Shown here one piece after another: positions 1-11,750 of a DNA stretch of 64,000 bases (the stretch's first letter is position 1; each line of letters begins with the position of its first letter). The notes under the pieces were generated by a model. That model saw nothing but the letters and a program-made list of their open reading frames with translations, had not been told where the DNA came from and searched no databases. Source of the stretch: Bacteroidales bacterium (GTDB lineage Bacteria > Bacteroidota > Bacteroidia > Bacteroidales > UBA12077); assembly GCA_028282585.1 (NCBI GenBank), contig JANQHR010000062.1, forward strand, positions 1 to 64,000. The letters are read 5' to 3'. Both the position numbers and the translations under genes were made by a program.

Positions 1-44
1 CTTCGTAAAACTCTGTGTAACTCTTTTTTTTATCACAACATAAC

Positions 45-416
45 TTATAAAATAAGTCGTTTTATTCCATTTTTTAATGACTTTGTATAAAAGGTTAATA
101 ATAAACCTAGTTTAGATTCTGACAATCTCATATACGTTAAAGTTTGAGCGATATGAACATCATTAAATGCTTCAACAACTTTCAGTTCAACCACTACTTT
201 TCTTTCAACCCATAAATCAATTCTGTATCCACAATCAAATTTAATGTCTTCATAAATCAATGGCATAGGTCTTTCAATCTCCACATTCAACCCTTCTTTC
301 TTTAATTCAAAAGCCAAACATTCTTGATATACTTTTTCCAATAAGCCGGGACCTAAAGCAGTATGTACTTTAAATGCACAATCTAAAATTATTTTGCTTA
401 TTTCGTTTTCAGTCAT
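45..416 (-). CDS. GxxExxY family protein (PD-(D/E)XK nuclease-like)
   Basis: Motif GPGLLEKVY followed by RIDLWVE..VVELK. The start is more likely MTENEISK (ATG at 416) than 458, because 417-520 is occupied by a palindromic repeat. Confidence 0.9.
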   Translation of the reverse strand: MTENEISKIILDCAFKVHTALGPGLLEKVYQECLAFELKKEGLNVEIERPMPLIYEDIKFDCGYRIDLWVERKVVVELKVVEAFNDVHIAQTLTYMRLSESKLGLLLTFYTKSLKNGIKRLIL

Positions 417-427
417 ATTTATTAAAT

Positions 428-520
428 TAGTTTCACAAAGTAGCTCAAAGTATTCCACAAAGTCTCACAATTTTCTCTTTTACTTTGTGAGACTCTGTGC
501 TTCCTTTGTGGGACTATGTG
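428..520. repeat. Imperfect palindromic repeat built from CACAAAG/CTTTGTG-like units
   Basis: cacaaagtctcacaa (~456-470) pairs with ttgtgagactctgtg (~485-499) with 1 mismatch; additional units flank both arms. A similar unit lies at 1-25. Confidence 0.7.
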
Positions 521-1561
521 TTACTTATTTCTCTTAACTATTTTATCGTAATCAGCCTTTACCATTAATCGCGCTAATTCATTAAACTTAACTTTGGGTT
601 CCCAACCTAACTCTGTTTTAGCTTTTGTATAATCACCAATTAATAAATCAACCTCTGTTGGCCTAAAATACCTTGGATTAATTCCAACTACCTTTTTTCC
701 CGTAGATTTAAGGTATCCTACTTCATTTATTTCATTGCCTTCCCAAATAATTTCTTCATCAAAATGCTTAAAACAGGCTTCTACAAACTCTCTAACTGTA
801 TGAGTTTCATTAGTTGCTAGAACAAAATCATCTGGTTTTTCTGCCTGCAACATTCGCCACATTCCTTCAACATATTCAGGAGCATATCCCCAATCCCTTT
901 TAGCATCAAGGTTTCCTAACAATAACACTTCATCAATACCAGCCATAATTTTTGCCACTGCAACAGAAATTTTCCGAGTAACAAAAGTCTTTCCCCTTCT
1001 TTCAGATTCATGATTGAATAAAATACCATTACTTGCAAACAAATCATAAGCTTCTCTATAATTAACCACAATCCAATAAGCATATAACTTTGCTGCAGCA
1101 TAAGGACTTCTTGGATAGAAAGGTGTTTTCTCTGTTTGTGGTATTTCCTGCACCTTACCATATAATTCTGACGTTGAAGCCTGGTAAAACTTAGTGTCTA
1201 TACCTGTTTCTTTAATTGCATCTAAAAAACGTAATGTGCCAACTCCGTCAACCTCAGCAGTATATTCAGGAACTTCAAAAGAAACCTGCACATGTGACTG
1301 AGCTCCTAAATTATATATTTCATTTGGATTAATCTTCTCAACTAATCTATTTAAATTACTGGAATCAGTTAAATCCCCGTAATGTAGAAACATTTTTTTG
1401 TTAAGAATATTTTGATCTTTATATAAATGATCAATACGAAATGTATTAAAAGAGCTTGCTCTTCTCATAATTCCATGAACTTCATATCCTTTTTTTAATA
1501 ACAATTCTGTTAAATAAGAACCATCTTGTCCGGTAATACCTGATATCAATGCTTTCTTCAT
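521..1561 (-). CDS. gmd: GDP-mannose 4,6-dehydratase
   Basis: [40 protein letters not shown] motifs. Confidence 0.97.
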   Translation of the reverse strand: MKKALISGITGQDGSYLTELLLKKGYEVHGIMRRASSFNTFRIDHLYKDQNILNKKMFLHYGDLTDSSNLNRLVEKINPNEIYNLGAQSHVQVSFEVPEYTAEVDGVGTLRFLDAIKETGIDTKFYQASTSELYGKVQEIPQTEKTPFYPRSPYAAAKLYAYWIVVNYREAYDLFASNGILFNHESERRGKTFVTRKISVAVAKIMAGIDEVLLLGNLDAKRDWGYAPEYVEGMWRMLQAEKPDDFVLATNETHTVREFVEACFKHFDEEIIWEGNEINEVGYLKSTGKKVVGINPRYFRPTEVDLLIGDYTKAKTELGWEPKVKFNELARLMVKADYDKIVKRNK

Positions 1562-1562
1562 T

Positions 1563-2852
1563 TTATAAGCTCCAATAATTTAATTTATTAATTTTATCTT
1601 TGTAAATTCCCTTAATATCAACAAATAAGGCATTTTCATTAGTAATGGATTGAAAATACTTTTCCCTTAATTCTTTGTATATATTATGACTAACCGCTGC
1701 TACAACAACATCATATTCATTACCTACATTTTCAGTTAAATTAAACTGATATTCTTCCATTACCTCATTTGCGTCTGCATATGGATCAACAACTTCAACA
1801 GTAACACCATATGATAATAGTTCTCGATAAACATCAATTACTTTAGAATTTCTAATGTCACTAACATCCTCCTTAAATGTAATACCCATTATTAACACTT
1901 TAGAATTTTGAATATGCTTTCCAGCTTTTACTAACTTCTTTACAATTTGCTTAGCTACATAGCCCCCCATCGAATCATTTATAAACCTACCGGCATTAAT
2001 CATTTGAGCATGATAACCTAATTCCTTTGATTTATGCAGCAAATAATAAGGATCAACTCCAATGCAATGGCCACCTACCAAACCCGGGAAGAATTTCAAG
2101 AAATTCCACTTGGTTCCTGCTGCCTCCAAAACCTCGTATGTGTTAATGCCCATTCTATTAAAAATAATGGAAAGTTCATTCATGAAGGCAATGTTAATAT
2201 CGCGTTGTGTGTTCTCAATAATTTTTGAAGCTTCGGCAACTTTTATTGAACTTGCTCTGTGCACACCAGCTTTAATAACCAGTTCATATACTTTTGCTAT
2301 GTTTTCTGCTGACTCTTCATCACAACCGGAACTTACTTTTACAATAGATGTTAGTGTATTAACTTTATCTCCCGGATTGATTCTTTCCGGAGAAAAACCA
2401 ACCTTAAAATCATCTACAAACTTTAATCCTGATTCTTTTTCTAAAACCGGGACACAATCTTCCTCTGTGGCACCAGGGTAAACCGTTGATTCGTATACTA
2501 CATAATCTCCTTCCTTCATAACTTTACCGACCGTTTCCGACGCCTTTAAAACAGGCCCCATATCAGGTAAGTTATGATCATCAATAGGGGTAGGTACTGC
2601 AACGATGTAAAAATTTGCTTCTCTCAAATCTTCAATATTTGCCGTAAACTTTATATCGCAACCTTCAAATGCTTCTGCTGGTAATTCTCGGCTAGGGTCA
2701 ATTTTGTTTTTCATCATTTCGACCCGATCTTCCTTAATATCAAAACCAATAACTGGTAATTTTTTGGCAAATTCAATAGCAATAGGTAATCCTACATATC
2801 CTAAGCCGATAACAGCTATTTTAGCTTCCTTATTTAATAATTTATTATACAT
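1563..2852 (-). CDS. UDP-N-acetyl-hexosamine 6-dehydrogenase (WbpO/TviB/WbpA family)
   Basis: [36 protein letters not shown]. Confidence 0.92.
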   Translation of the reverse strand: MYNKLLNKEAKIAVIGLGYVGLPIAIEFAKKLPVIGFDIKEDRVEMMKNKIDPSRELPAEAFEGCDIKFTANIEDLREANFYIVAVPTPIDDHNLPDMGPVLKASETVGKVMKEGDYVVYESTVYPGATEEDCVPVLEKESGLKFVDDFKVGFSPERINPGDKVNTLTSIVKVSSGCDEESAENIAKVYELVIKAGVHRASSIKVAEASKIIENTQRDINIAFMNELSIIFNRMGINTYEVLEAAGTKWNFLKFFPGLVGGHCIGVDPYYLLHKSKELGYHAQMINAGRFINDSMGGYVAKQIVKKLVKAGKHIQNSKVLIMGITFKEDVSDIRNSKVIDVYRELLSYGVTVEVVDPYADANEVMEEYQFNLTENVGNEYDVVVAAVSHNIYKELREKYFQSITNENALFVDIKGIYKDKINKLNYWSL

Positions 2853-3809
2853 TTATTTAAGTTTTTTACAAAATGGATGATAATCTCCCTTTAATCCCAC
2901 AGGAGAAGCGTTTCTTATATTATATACAGTATTTATTGATGATTTTGTTTCTTCAAGTCCAAATCCCTGTCCTTGCATAATTTGTTGATAGGACAAGGTA
3001 TGCAAATCCGTAAAACCTCCACTAAATTCAATTTCCTTGCAATCAACAGTAATTGATCGATAGGTTCTTTGACCATTCATTTTAATATTATCAGGAATAT
3101 CATTATAATCCACACTCAAAAACCAACGAACGTTTGCTTTTTTTAATTTCAAATACCCGGCTGCTTTTGATTCTTCTGAAATATGTACAATATTTTCTTT
3201 AACATCTCCAAAAATCCATGTTAACATATCATAAAAATGAACACCAATATTAGTAGCAATACCGCCAGATTTTTGAACATTACCTTTCCAGGAAATATAA
3301 TACCAGTTACCTCTTGATGTTATGTACGAAAGGTCAATATCATAGATCCTATCCTTTGGTCCTTTATCAATTTTGTTTTTTAGTTCAATGATGGACGGAT
3401 GTAACCTAAGTTGTAAAATATTATTAACCTTTTTACCTGTTTCCTTTTCAATTTCCTGCAAGGCATCAATATTCCAGGGATTTAAAACAACAGGTTTTTC
3501 ACATATTGCATCAGCCCGATGTCTTAGTGCAAAACGTATATGAGAATCATGTAAATAATTTGGAGTACAAATACTGACGTAGTCAATTTTAACATCATTG
3601 CGTTTGAGTTTATCGATATGACGGTCAAATCGCTCGTATTCAGTAAAAAAATCTGAATTAGGAAAGTAACTATCTATTTTACCAACACAATCAAATTTAT
3701 CCAGGGAGGCTAATAAATTATTATTAGTGTCTTTTATTGCTCGTAGGTGTCTTTCTGCAATATATCCAGCCACTCCAATTAAAGCAAAGTTCTTATTTTT
3801 CTCACTCAT
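2853..3809 (-). CDS. wbpB: Gfo/Idh/MocA oxidoreductase, WbpB-like UDP-GlcNAcA 3-dehydrogenase
   Basis: FALIGVAGYIAERH, ICTPNYLH, CEKP, TNIGVHFYDML. Confidence 0.85.
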   Translation of the reverse strand: MSEKNKNFALIGVAGYIAERHLRAIKDTNNNLLASLDKFDCVGKIDSYFPNSDFFTEYERFDRHIDKLKRNDVKIDYVSICTPNYLHDSHIRFALRHRADAICEKPVVLNPWNIDALQEIEKETGKKVNNILQLRLHPSIIELKNKIDKGPKDRIYDIDLSYITSRGNWYYISWKGNVQKSGGIATNIGVHFYDMLTWIFGDVKENIVHISEESKAAGYLKLKKANVRWFLSVDYNDIPDNIKMNGQRTYRSITVDCKEIEFSGGFTDLHTLSYQQIMQGQGFGLEETKSSINTVYNIRNASPVGLKGDYHPFCKKLK

Positions 3810-3825
3810 CCTCTAAAAATTTGCG

Positions 3826-3833
3826 CAAAAATA
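3826..3833 (-). promoter_or_regulatory. Bacteroidota -7 promoter element (TAnnTTTG)
   Basis: TATTTTTG on the minus strand just upstream of the wbpB-like start. Confidence 0.45.
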
Positions 3834-3892
3834 TTAATAAAACTATAAGTAACCTAAAAATTCATATCTTTTAAGATGTTTTAAGGCACCCA

Positions 3893-4759
3893 TTAGACCA
3901 GTTTAAGAATTCTTCTTAGATAATCTCCATATCCACTTTTATAATACTTTTCAGCACTCTGCAGCAACTGTTCTTTGGTAATAAAACCATTCAAATAGGA
4001 TATCTCTTCAATACATCCTATTTTTAGTCCTTGTCTTTTTTCTATAACACTTATAAATTCGCCGGCCTCCATTAACGATTCAAAGGTCCCTGTATCGAGC
4101 CATGCTGTTCCCCTGTTCATAATTCCAACATCCAGTTTCCCTTGCTCTAAATACCACTTATTGACATCGGTAATCTCATATTCTCCCCTCACAGAAGGCT
4201 TAATAGATTTCGCAACATCAACAACCTCGTTATTATAGAAATACAAGCCCGGAACGGCGTAATTTGATTTTGGGTATTGCGGTTTTTCTTCAATTGTTAT
4301 GGCCTTGTTTTCTTTGTCAAATTCAACAACTCCATATCTTTCAGGGTCTGAAACCCGGTATGCAAATATTGTTGCTCCGTTAGGTTTTGTTTTACTTCTT
4401 AATAAAGAACCTAATCCTGAACCATAAAAAATATTATCTCCCAGAATTAACGCGACAGGTTCATTTCCAATAAATTTTTCACCGATAACAAATGCTTGTG
4501 CCAAACCATTAGGAATTTCTTGAATTGCATACTCAAACTGACAACCAAGCTGGCTCCCATCTCCTAAAAGTCTTTTAAATCCATTTTGATCTTCAGGTGT
4601 TGTTATAATCAAAATTTCTTTAATTCCAGCCAACATTAAAACCGAAAGTGGGTAATAAATCATTGGCTTATCATACACAGGCAATAGTTGCTTACTTACT
4701 GCCATTGTTAAAGGGTACAGCCTTGTTCCTGATCCTCCGGCTAAAATTATACCTTTCAT
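3893..4759 (-). CDS. rfbA: Glucose-1-phosphate thymidylyltransferase
   Basis: [37 protein letters not shown]. Confidence 0.97.
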   Translation of the reverse strand: MKGIILAGGSGTRLYPLTMAVSKQLLPVYDKPMIYYPLSVLMLAGIKEILIITTPEDQNGFKRLLGDGSQLGCQFEYAIQEIPNGLAQAFVIGEKFIGNEPVALILGDNIFYGSGLGSLLRSKTKPNGATIFAYRVSDPERYGVVEFDKENKAITIEEKPQYPKSNYAVPGLYFYNNEVVDVAKSIKPSVRGEYEITDVNKWYLEQGKLDVGIMNRGTAWLDTGTFESLMEAGEFISVIEKRQGLKIGCIEEISYLNGFITKEQLLQSAEKYYKSGYGDYLRRILKLV

Positions 4760-5814
4760 TATGATCTTAGATTATATTGCTCATTATAATATTCTAAATA
4801 ATCTCCGCTTATAATATTTGTTAACCAAACTTCATTTTCTAAATACCAATCTATGGTTTTTTCAATTCCTTCTTCAAACTGTAAGGTTGGTTTCCATCCC
4901 AGGTTATTTGATATTTTTGAAGCATCAATCGCATATCTCATATCATGACCAGCTCTATCTTTTACAAATGTTATAAGTTTTCCAGATTCACCAAGTTCTC
5001 TATTTAACTTTTTATCCATTACTTTACATAGAACCCTAATCAAATCAATATTCTTCCATTCATTAAAGCCTCCGATGTTATATGTTTCCCCTACTTTTCC
5101 TTTATGAAAAACAATATCAATAGCTTTAGCGTGATCTTCGACATAAAGCCAATCCCTGATATTTTCTCCTTTACCATATACGGGAAGTTGTTTTTTATTT
5201 TTGATATTATTTATAAATAATGGTATTAGTTTTTCTGGAAACTGATAGGGCCCATAATTATTTGAACAATTAGAAATAACAAATGGTAAACCATATGTAT
5301 TATTAAATGCTCTTACAAAATGATCGGAGCCAGCTTTAGCTGCCGAATATGGCGATTTTGGATCATAAGGAGTATCTTCTGTAAACAATCCGGTTTCTCC
5401 AAGAGAACCATATACTTCATCGGTTGAAATATGGTAAAACAGTTTATTATTAAAATCTTTTCCCCAACTTTCTTTAGCCTGATTTAGTAATGCCAAAGTA
5501 CCAATTATATTAGTCTGAGCAAATTCAAATGGATTTGAAATAGACCTATCAACATGTGATTCTGCAGCAAGATGTATTACCGAATCAATTTTATATTTAG
5601 TAAATATTTCCCTATTTTTTTCAATATCACAAATATCTCCTTTTATAAATTTATAATTAGGATAACTTTCAATATCCTTAAGGTTCTCTAAATTACCTGC
5701 ATACGTAAGCTTGTCAAGGTTTATTATTCTATAATCAGAATATTTCTTTACAAACAACTTTACCACATGAGAACCAATAAATCCAGCTCCGCCAGTAATT
5801 AGAATATTTCTCAT
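4759..5814 (-). CDS. rfbB: dTDP-glucose 4,6-dehydratase
   Basis: [45 protein letters not shown]. Confidence 0.97.
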   Translation of the reverse strand: MRNILITGGAGFIGSHVVKLFVKKYSDYRIINLDKLTYAGNLENLKDIESYPNYKFIKGDICDIEKNREIFTKYKIDSVIHLAAESHVDRSISNPFEFAQTNIIGTLALLNQAKESWGKDFNNKLFYHISTDEVYGSLGETGLFTEDTPYDPKSPYSAAKAGSDHFVRAFNNTYGLPFVISNCSNNYGPYQFPEKLIPLFINNIKNKKQLPVYGKGENIRDWLYVEDHAKAIDIVFHKGKVGETYNIGGFNEWKNIDLIRVLCKVMDKKLNRELGESGKLITFVKDRAGHDMRYAIDASKISNNLGWKPTLQFEEGIEKTIDWYLENEVWLTNIISGDYLEYYNEQYNLRS

Positions 5815-5832
5815 ATTTTCATTAATAAAATT

Positions 5833-6879
5833 TTACTTTATATTATAAAATGACTTATACCATTCTATAAATCGCCCTACTCCTATTTTAATATCTGTAT
5901 CAGGTTTATATCTTAAATCGTTAATTAATCCCGAAACATCAGCCCATGTCTTTTCGACATCTCCTGGTTGAATTGGTAGCATATTTTTTTCAGCTTTTCT
6001 ATTTAATGATTTTTCTATTGCTTCAATAAAGTTCATTAATTTAACCGGTGAGTTATTTCCAATATTGTAAATTTTGTAAGGTGCAACCGATTCTGAAGGT
6101 TGTGATATTTTATCTTTACCTGTAGGAATATTCTCCAATACTTTAATAATTCCTTCAACAATATCGTCAATATAAGTAAAGTCTCTTTGCATGTTTCCAT
6201 GATTAAATACATCAATAGGTTTACCCTCAATAATTGCTTTAGTAAATAAAAACAATGCCATATCAGGTCTACCCCATGGTCCGTAAACCGTAAAAAATCT
6301 CAGCCCTGTAGTTGGCATTTTAAATAAATAACTATAAGTATGGGCCATTAGCTCATTTGACTTCTTACTAGCTGCATATAAGCTTATTGGATGATCAACA
6401 TTATCATTTGCTGAAAATGGCATTTGTGAATTTAATCCGTAAACGCTAGAACTACTGGCATATACCAGATGCTTTATAGAATTATGTCTACAAGCTTCTA
6501 AGATATTTGTAAAACCTAAAATATTACTGTTTATATATGCATGTGGATTTACCAAACTGTAACGTACTCCAGCTTGAGCCGCCAAATTAACAACGAGATC
6601 AAATTTTTCTTTATTAAATAATTCCACAATATTATCCTGATCCTCTAAGTTTAACTTAATAAAACTATATTTTTGATGCTTTTCTGATTGTATCAACCTA
6701 TTATATTCTAAAGAATCTTTTTTTATACCAGATTCCTGAAGTCGACCATATTTGAGATTTACATCATAGTAATCATTAATATTATCTAAACCCACTACTG
6801 TATAATCTCTTTCCAATAATGCATTAGATAAATGAAATCCTATAAAACCTGCTGTTCCGGTAATTAATACTTTTGACAT
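5833..6879 (-). CDS. NAD-dependent epimerase (UDP-glucuronate 4-epimerase / CapI-like)
   Basis: [40 protein letters not shown]. Confidence 0.92.
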   Translation of the reverse strand: MSKVLITGTAGFIGFHLSNALLERDYTVVGLDNINDYYDVNLKYGRLQESGIKKDSLEYNRLIQSEKHQKYSFIKLNLEDQDNIVELFNKEKFDLVVNLAAQAGVRYSLVNPHAYINSNILGFTNILEACRHNSIKHLVYASSSSVYGLNSQMPFSANDNVDHPISLYAASKKSNELMAHTYSYLFKMPTTGLRFFTVYGPWGRPDMALFLFTKAIIEGKPIDVFNHGNMQRDFTYIDDIVEGIIKVLENIPTGKDKISQPSESVAPYKIYNIGNNSPVKLMNFIEAIEKSLNRKAEKNMLPIQPGDVEKTWADVSGLINDLRYKPDTDIKIGVGRFIEWYKSFYNIK

Positions 6880-6884
6880 AGACT

Positions 6885-7457
6885 CTATTTTGATTTTTCA
6901 ACAAAACCTTCTTTTAAAATATACCTTTCCTTACTTTCAAGACAAGTAGCAATTCCGCTTTCATCAAATTCCAATCGGTGCCCATACTCACTCATCCATC
7001 CTACTTGTTTCCCTGGATTACCTACCACTAAAGCATATGGTTTTACTTCTTTAGTAATTACAGCACCCGCCCCGATAAAAGCAAATTCTCCGATATCATT
7101 TCCACAAACAATGGTCGCATTTGCGCCAATCGATGCTCCTTTTTTTACAACCGTTTTTTCATATTGATCTCTTCTAATAACTGCGGATCTGGGATTAGTA
7201 ACATTTGTGAATACCATAGAAGGGCCCAAGAAAACATCATCTTCACAAATAACACCTGTATAAATCGAAACATTATTTTGAACCTTTACATTGTTTCCTA
7301 AAATAACATCAGGAGATACTACAACATTCTGTCCAATATTACAATTGTGGCCAATAATGCAGTCTTTCATAATATGAGAAAAATGCCAAATCTTGGTTCC
7401 TTCTCCTATTTGACACCCTTCGTCTATTACAGCAGTTTCATGAGCAAAGTAGTCCAT
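6885..7457 (-). CDS. wbpD: Hexapeptide N-acetyltransferase, WbpD-like
   Basis: [34 protein letters not shown]. Confidence 0.88.
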   Translation of the reverse strand: MDYFAHETAVIDEGCQIGEGTKIWHFSHIMKDCIIGHNCNIGQNVVVSPDVILGNNVKVQNNVSIYTGVICEDDVFLGPSMVFTNVTNPRSAVIRRDQYEKTVVKKGASIGANATIVCGNDIGEFAFIGAGAVITKEVKPYALVVGNPGKQVGWMSEYGHRLEFDESGIATCLESKERYILKEGFVEKSK

Positions 7458-7471
7458 TATCTAATATTTTT

Positions 7472-7930
7472 CTATGATTTTTTAAATAAAGCCTGGCAAT
7501 AAGATTTAGTAGAATTTATAATCTCCATCAGTTTTGGAGCAAAAAAAAATGTCTCTTTAAAGATATTTTTAATATCTTCCATAACATATTCATGTGTTAT
7601 TTCATTTCTTAAATCTTTTATCCGACGAATTTCATCAACACTTTTAAACAACCTTCTTTTATGAGCACGGTTCACAACATCTATCATGGTTCCATGACCT
7701 TCAAATTCTACAGCATCAATACTCCTGAAAACCTTTTGGATTAGGATATCTACTACTCTTGCATACCGACTTGTAAGAGTTTCAAAAATATCGAACTCAT
7801 CAGCAGTATAATTCTCTTTTATTCCAATTCCGGAACACTTTTTATAAGACCTGTTAAACCATGAAAGTGCGTCATCAAGAATATCAAGATTCTCTTTTAA
7901 ATTAGCAATATAATCCTTTTGATTCCTCAT
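7472..7930 (-). CDS. HEPN / nucleotidyltransferase substrate-binding family protein (putative toxin)
   Basis: Helical protein with the RxxxxH motif RNEITHEY; lies directly downstream of an MNT gene. Confidence 0.75.
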   Translation of the reverse strand: MRNQKDYIANLKENLDILDDALSWFNRSYKKCSGIGIKENYTADEFDIFETLTSRYARVVDILIQKVFRSIDAVEFEGHGTMIDVVNRAHKRRLFKSVDEIRRIKDLRNEITHEYVMEDIKNIFKETFFFAPKLMEIINSTKSYCQALFKKS

Positions 7931-7948
7931 TTTCAGTTCATTTAAGAA

Positions 7949-8230
7949 TTACAATAAAATAGCATTCTCCAATGCAATACGAACAAATGGTTTTTTATCA
8001 TCTTTAGCAATTATCATATCTATTTTTTGCTCTCCTATTTTTTTATACAACTGAACTTTTATCTTTAATTTATCACTAAAGCTAAGCTTTTGACTAAAAA
8101 TCAACAAATCAATATCCCCTCCTCTTTTACTATCATCAGTTCTTGAACCATAAAGCCAAACTTCTGCATCTGAATCAAAACATTCAATTGTTTCTTTTAT
8201 TGCTGATATTTCCTTTTCTTTTAATCGCAC
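7949..8230 (-). CDS. Minimal nucleotidyltransferase (MNT, putative antitoxin)
   Basis: LYGSRTDDSKRGGDIDLL (GSx10DxD). Likely GTG start at 8230 (MRLKEKE) rather than 8266, which would overlap the upstream gene. Confidence 0.85.
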   Translation of the reverse strand: MRLKEKEISAIKETIECFDSDAEVWLYGSRTDDSKRGGDIDLLIFSQKLSFSDKLKIKVQLYKKIGEQKIDMIIAKDDKKPFVRIALENAILL

Positions 8231-8255
8231 AAAATGACCTGGTCTGTAATTAACT

Positions 8256-9383
8256 TTATAAACCAAATAAAAAATCTTTTATCGAAAATACAATAAATTC
8301 CTGCTCTTCTTTGGTTATTTCAGTATGAATTGGTAAAGATAATACTGATTTTGATAACTTTTCAGTTATTTCAAAAGTTTCGCCATTATCTTTTATATAG
8401 GCTTTCTGTTTATATAAAGGAACAGGATAATATATCATTGTAGGAATCCCCTTTTCTTTCAAAAAATTCTGCAGATCATCTCTGTTAACGGTCTTGTCTA
8501 AAACAATTGTATACTGATGATATACATGATCTGTATAATTAGCAGCCTGGGGTATTCTTATTTTATCAATATTTCTTAATAAATCATTATAGATATCTGC
8601 AGCTTTCTGTCTGGCTAAAGAATATTCATCAAGGTATTTTAATTTAACATCTAATATTGCTGCTTGTAAACTATCCAGTCTGGAATTACAGCCTATGATA
8701 TCATGATGATATTTTTTACTTTGACCATGATTGGCTATCATTTTGCATTTTTTTGCAAGGTCATCATCACTAATAAAAATTGCACCACCATCTCCATAAC
8801 AACCTAAATTTTTTGAAGGAAAGAATGATGTTGTGCCTATATTTCCTATTGTGCCAGCTCTAACCGTTTTTCCATCCGAAAAAGTGTATTTAGCACCAAT
8901 GGCTTGAGCGGTATCTTCAATTACGTATAAATTATATTTAGAAGCAATTTTCATTAAAGATTCCATATCAGCACATTGTCCATAAAGATGAACCGGAACA
9001 ATCGCTTTGGTTTTTGAAGTTATTTTTTCTTCAATTTGATTTATATCTATTGTAAAATAATCAGGATGTACATCAATAAATACCGGTTCAAGTCTTAAAA
9101 GTGCAATAACCTCTGCAGTAGCGACATATGTATGAACAGGCAAAATAACTTCATCACCTGGTTCTAATCCTAAGGCCATTAAAGCTATTTGCAATGCGTC
9201 AGTACCATTCGCACAAGGAATAACATTTGTTCCACCTAAATATTTGGAAAGATTTTTTGCAAATTCCCATACCTTCGGACCATTTATAAATGCAGTAGAA
9301 TCTAATACGTTTTGAATTTCATAATTTATTTCTTCTCTGATTTTTTCATACTGACTCTTAAGGTCAACCATTTTTATATTCAT
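8256..9383 (-). CDS. DegT/DnrJ/EryC1/StrS aminotransferase, WbpE-like
   Basis: ANGTDALQIALMAL, SFFPSKNLGCYGDGG, NSRLD. Confidence 0.93.
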   Translation of the reverse strand: MNIKMVDLKSQYEKIREEINYEIQNVLDSTAFINGPKVWEFAKNLSKYLGGTNVIPCANGTDALQIALMALGLEPGDEVILPVHTYVATAEVIALLRLEPVFIDVHPDYFTIDINQIEEKITSKTKAIVPVHLYGQCADMESLMKIASKYNLYVIEDTAQAIGAKYTFSDGKTVRAGTIGNIGTTSFFPSKNLGCYGDGGAIFISDDDLAKKCKMIANHGQSKKYHHDIIGCNSRLDSLQAAILDVKLKYLDEYSLARQKAADIYNDLLRNIDKIRIPQAANYTDHVYHQYTIVLDKTVNRDDLQNFLKEKGIPTMIYYPVPLYKQKAYIKDNGETFEITEKLSKSVLSLPIHTEITKEEQEFIVFSIKDFLFGL

Positions 9384-9422
9384 AAAGTTATTTTTTAAAG
9401 AATAAATAGTTTGAATATGGCA

Positions 9423-9821
9423 TTAAAATTCTTTTTTATTTGTAAGTTTCTTTTTACTTGTTAACCAGTTATTTTTTACATATTGTATGAATTTATTTAT
9501 CTTTTTTCCTAAAATCTCATATTCTTCCATAAGTTCTATTAAAGGATTATCAGGAAAATGAATATCACTAATCATATTTAATTGAGAAATGGCTTCATCA
9601 CAAGAGCTTTGAGAGTATGTTAAAAATCTTATAAAGTCATCCTTATATCTTTTTCTTCCATACCCTTCAACAATTGTATCTTTTACACTTTTACTTGATC
9701 TTCTAACCTGGCTTCCTTGTTCATATAACTCGTATTTTGGCAAAGTCAAACTCATTTTATGAACTTTAGCGGCTAGTTTATAATCAATTTGATAAATTTC
9801 TAAATCTCTATAGCTTTTCAT
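9423..9821 (-). CDS. Four helix bundle protein (23S rRNA intervening-sequence protein family)
   Basis: SYRDLEIYQ, SQVRRSSKSVKDTIVEGYGR pattern. Confidence 0.88.
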   Translation of the reverse strand: MKSYRDLEIYQIDYKLAAKVHKMSLTLPKYELYEQGSQVRRSSKSVKDTIVEGYGRKRYKDDFIRFLTYSQSSCDEAISQLNMISDIHFPDNPLIELMEEYEILGKKINKFIQYVKNNWLTSKKKLTNKKEF

Positions 9822-9932
9822 ATTTTATTAAATCAAAACTAGAAACCTGCAACCAGTAACTATTATTTAAACTGTAAAAATAAAAAAAAGCCCCAATAAA
9901 TAATCAGGGCTCTTAAAATTTACGTACAAAAC

Positions 9933-11504
9933 TTATTTAGCATAGTTTATCGCTCTTGTCTCCCTAATAACCGTAATCTTTATTTGACCGGGATAAGTCA
10001 TTTCATTTTGGATTTTTTGTGAAATCTCATATGATAGTTTTTCAGCATCCTCATCACTTACTTTTTCGCTCCCAACTATTACGCGCAATTCTCTTCCTGC
10101 TTGTATAGCATAAGTTTTCATTACTCCAGGATGTTGTAAAGCTAAATCTTCCAAATCTTTTAATCTTTTAATGTACGATTCAACAACCTCACGACGGGCG
10201 CCCGGCCTTGCACCAGAAATGGCATCACAAACCTGAATAATTGGTGATAACAGCGATGTCATTTCAATTTCATCATGGTGAGCTCCGATGGCATTGCACA
10301 CCTCTGGCTTTTCTTTGTATTTCTCAGCGATTTTCATACCCAAGATAGCATGTGGTAATTCTGGTTCATCATCTGGTACTTTACCTATGTCATGCAATAA
10401 TCCAGCTCTTTTGGCTAATTTTGGATTAAGTCCTAATTCCGACGCCATAATCGCAGATAAGTTAGCTACTTCGCGGGAGTGCTGCAATAAATTCTGTCCG
10501 TACGACGAACGATATTTCATCTTACCAATTAACCTGATTATTTCTGGATGCAATCCATGAATCCCCAAATCAATTGCAGTTCTTTTACCAACCTCAACAA
10601 TCTCCTCTTCAATTTGTTTTTGAGTTTTTTGAACTATTTCTTCGATTCTAGCCGGATGAATTCTACCATCAGTTACTAGTTGGTGAAGAGCTAATCTTGC
10701 GGTCTCTCTGCGCACCGGATCAAATGCCGATAAAATAATTGCTTCCGGTGTATCATCTACTATAATTTCAACACCGGTAGCAGCTTCTAAAGCTCGTATA
10801 TTTCTTCCTTCACGCCCAATGATACGTCCTTTAATTTCATCATTATCAATGTTAAAAACAGTAACAGAGTTCTCTATAGCAGTTTCTGTAGCAACTCGCT
10901 GAACAGTTTGTACTACAATACGCTTTGCTTCTTTACTAGCCGTCATTCTGGCCTCCTCCATAATCTCATTAATTTCAGACATAGCTTCGGTTTTAGCTTC
11001 CGCCCTTAAAGATTCAGTAAGCTGATTTTTAGCATCTTCAGCTGAAAGTCCTGAAATTGCTTCCAATTGTTCTACCTGCTGTTTGTGCATTTTATCCAGT
11101 TCTTCACTTCTTTTCTCAACCAAATCCATTTGTACCTGCAGGTTCTCTCGAATTACTTCGGTTTCCTTTCTTTTACGCTGATTTTCTTCAATCCTTTGTG
11201 AAAGTGAAATTTCTTTTTGTTTAAATTTATTTTCAGCAGTAATTAATTTATTCGATCTTTCATTAATCTCCTTTTCATGCTCACCCTTTAACTGAAGAAA
11301 TTTTTCTTTAGCTTGAAGAATTTTGTCTTTCCTAATAACTTCAGCCTCAGCTTCTGCTTCCTTAATTATTTTTCTACTTTTGGACCTTAGAGCTTTATCC
11401 CATAAAAAATAAGACAAAAAACCTCCAATAACCAAAGCAGCAGAAGCAGCAATAATAACAATTATTGCTACCGACATTGCTCCAAATATTGTTGAAATAA
11501 TCAT
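9933..11504 (-). CDS. rny: Ribonuclease Y
   Basis: N-terminal TM helix, coiled coil, KH domain ([13 protein letters not shown]), HD domain (LLHDIGK). Confidence 0.97.
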   Translation of the reverse strand: MIISTIFGAMSVAIIVIIAASAALVIGGFLSYFLWDKALRSKSRKIIKEAEAEAEVIRKDKILQAKEKFLQLKGEHEKEINERSNKLITAENKFKQKEISLSQRIEENQRKRKETEVIRENLQVQMDLVEKRSEELDKMHKQQVEQLEAISGLSAEDAKNQLTESLRAEAKTEAMSEINEIMEEARMTASKEAKRIVVQTVQRVATETAIENSVTVFNIDNDEIKGRIIGREGRNIRALEAATGVEIIVDDTPEAIILSAFDPVRRETARLALHQLVTDGRIHPARIEEIVQKTQKQIEEEIVEVGKRTAIDLGIHGLHPEIIRLIGKMKYRSSYGQNLLQHSREVANLSAIMASELGLNPKLAKRAGLLHDIGKVPDDEPELPHAILGMKIAEKYKEKPEVCNAIGAHHDEIEMTSLLSPIIQVCDAISGARPGARREVVESYIKRLKDLEDLALQHPGVMKTYAIQAGRELRVIVGSEKVSDEDAEKLSYEISQKIQNEMTYPGQIKITVIRETRAINYAK

Positions 11505-11533
11505 ATCTATATATATTAATTTATATTAAAAAA

Positions 11534-11721
11534 CCCGTATTATTTTCTCTAATTCTCTAAAAACCCCAGATTAACATGGGTGGAGCTGCTATTCGAATTC
11601 GGCCATCCCCTGTTCCCGAAGGAATTCCGACGAATCGGAATGGGGCCCGCCCTCAATCAAATAAGCTTTACTCCAATTAGTAAAGTGTTGAGTTTCACAG
11701 ACATTAAAGAAATAATACGGG
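11534..11721 (-). ncRNA. ssrS: 6S RNA (putative)
   Basis: ~188 nt intergenic element closed by the terminal inverted repeat cccgtattattt...aaataatacggg, with a GC-richer interior; located between zapA and rny, the usual ssrS position. Confidence 0.75.
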
Positions 11722-11750
11722 CAAAATCGTAATTATATTTTAAAGAACGT

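Noticed and set aside
417-458. N-terminal extension of the GxxExxY ORF given in the track
   Set aside because: It runs through the palindromic repeat; the family-like sequence starts at MTENEIS.
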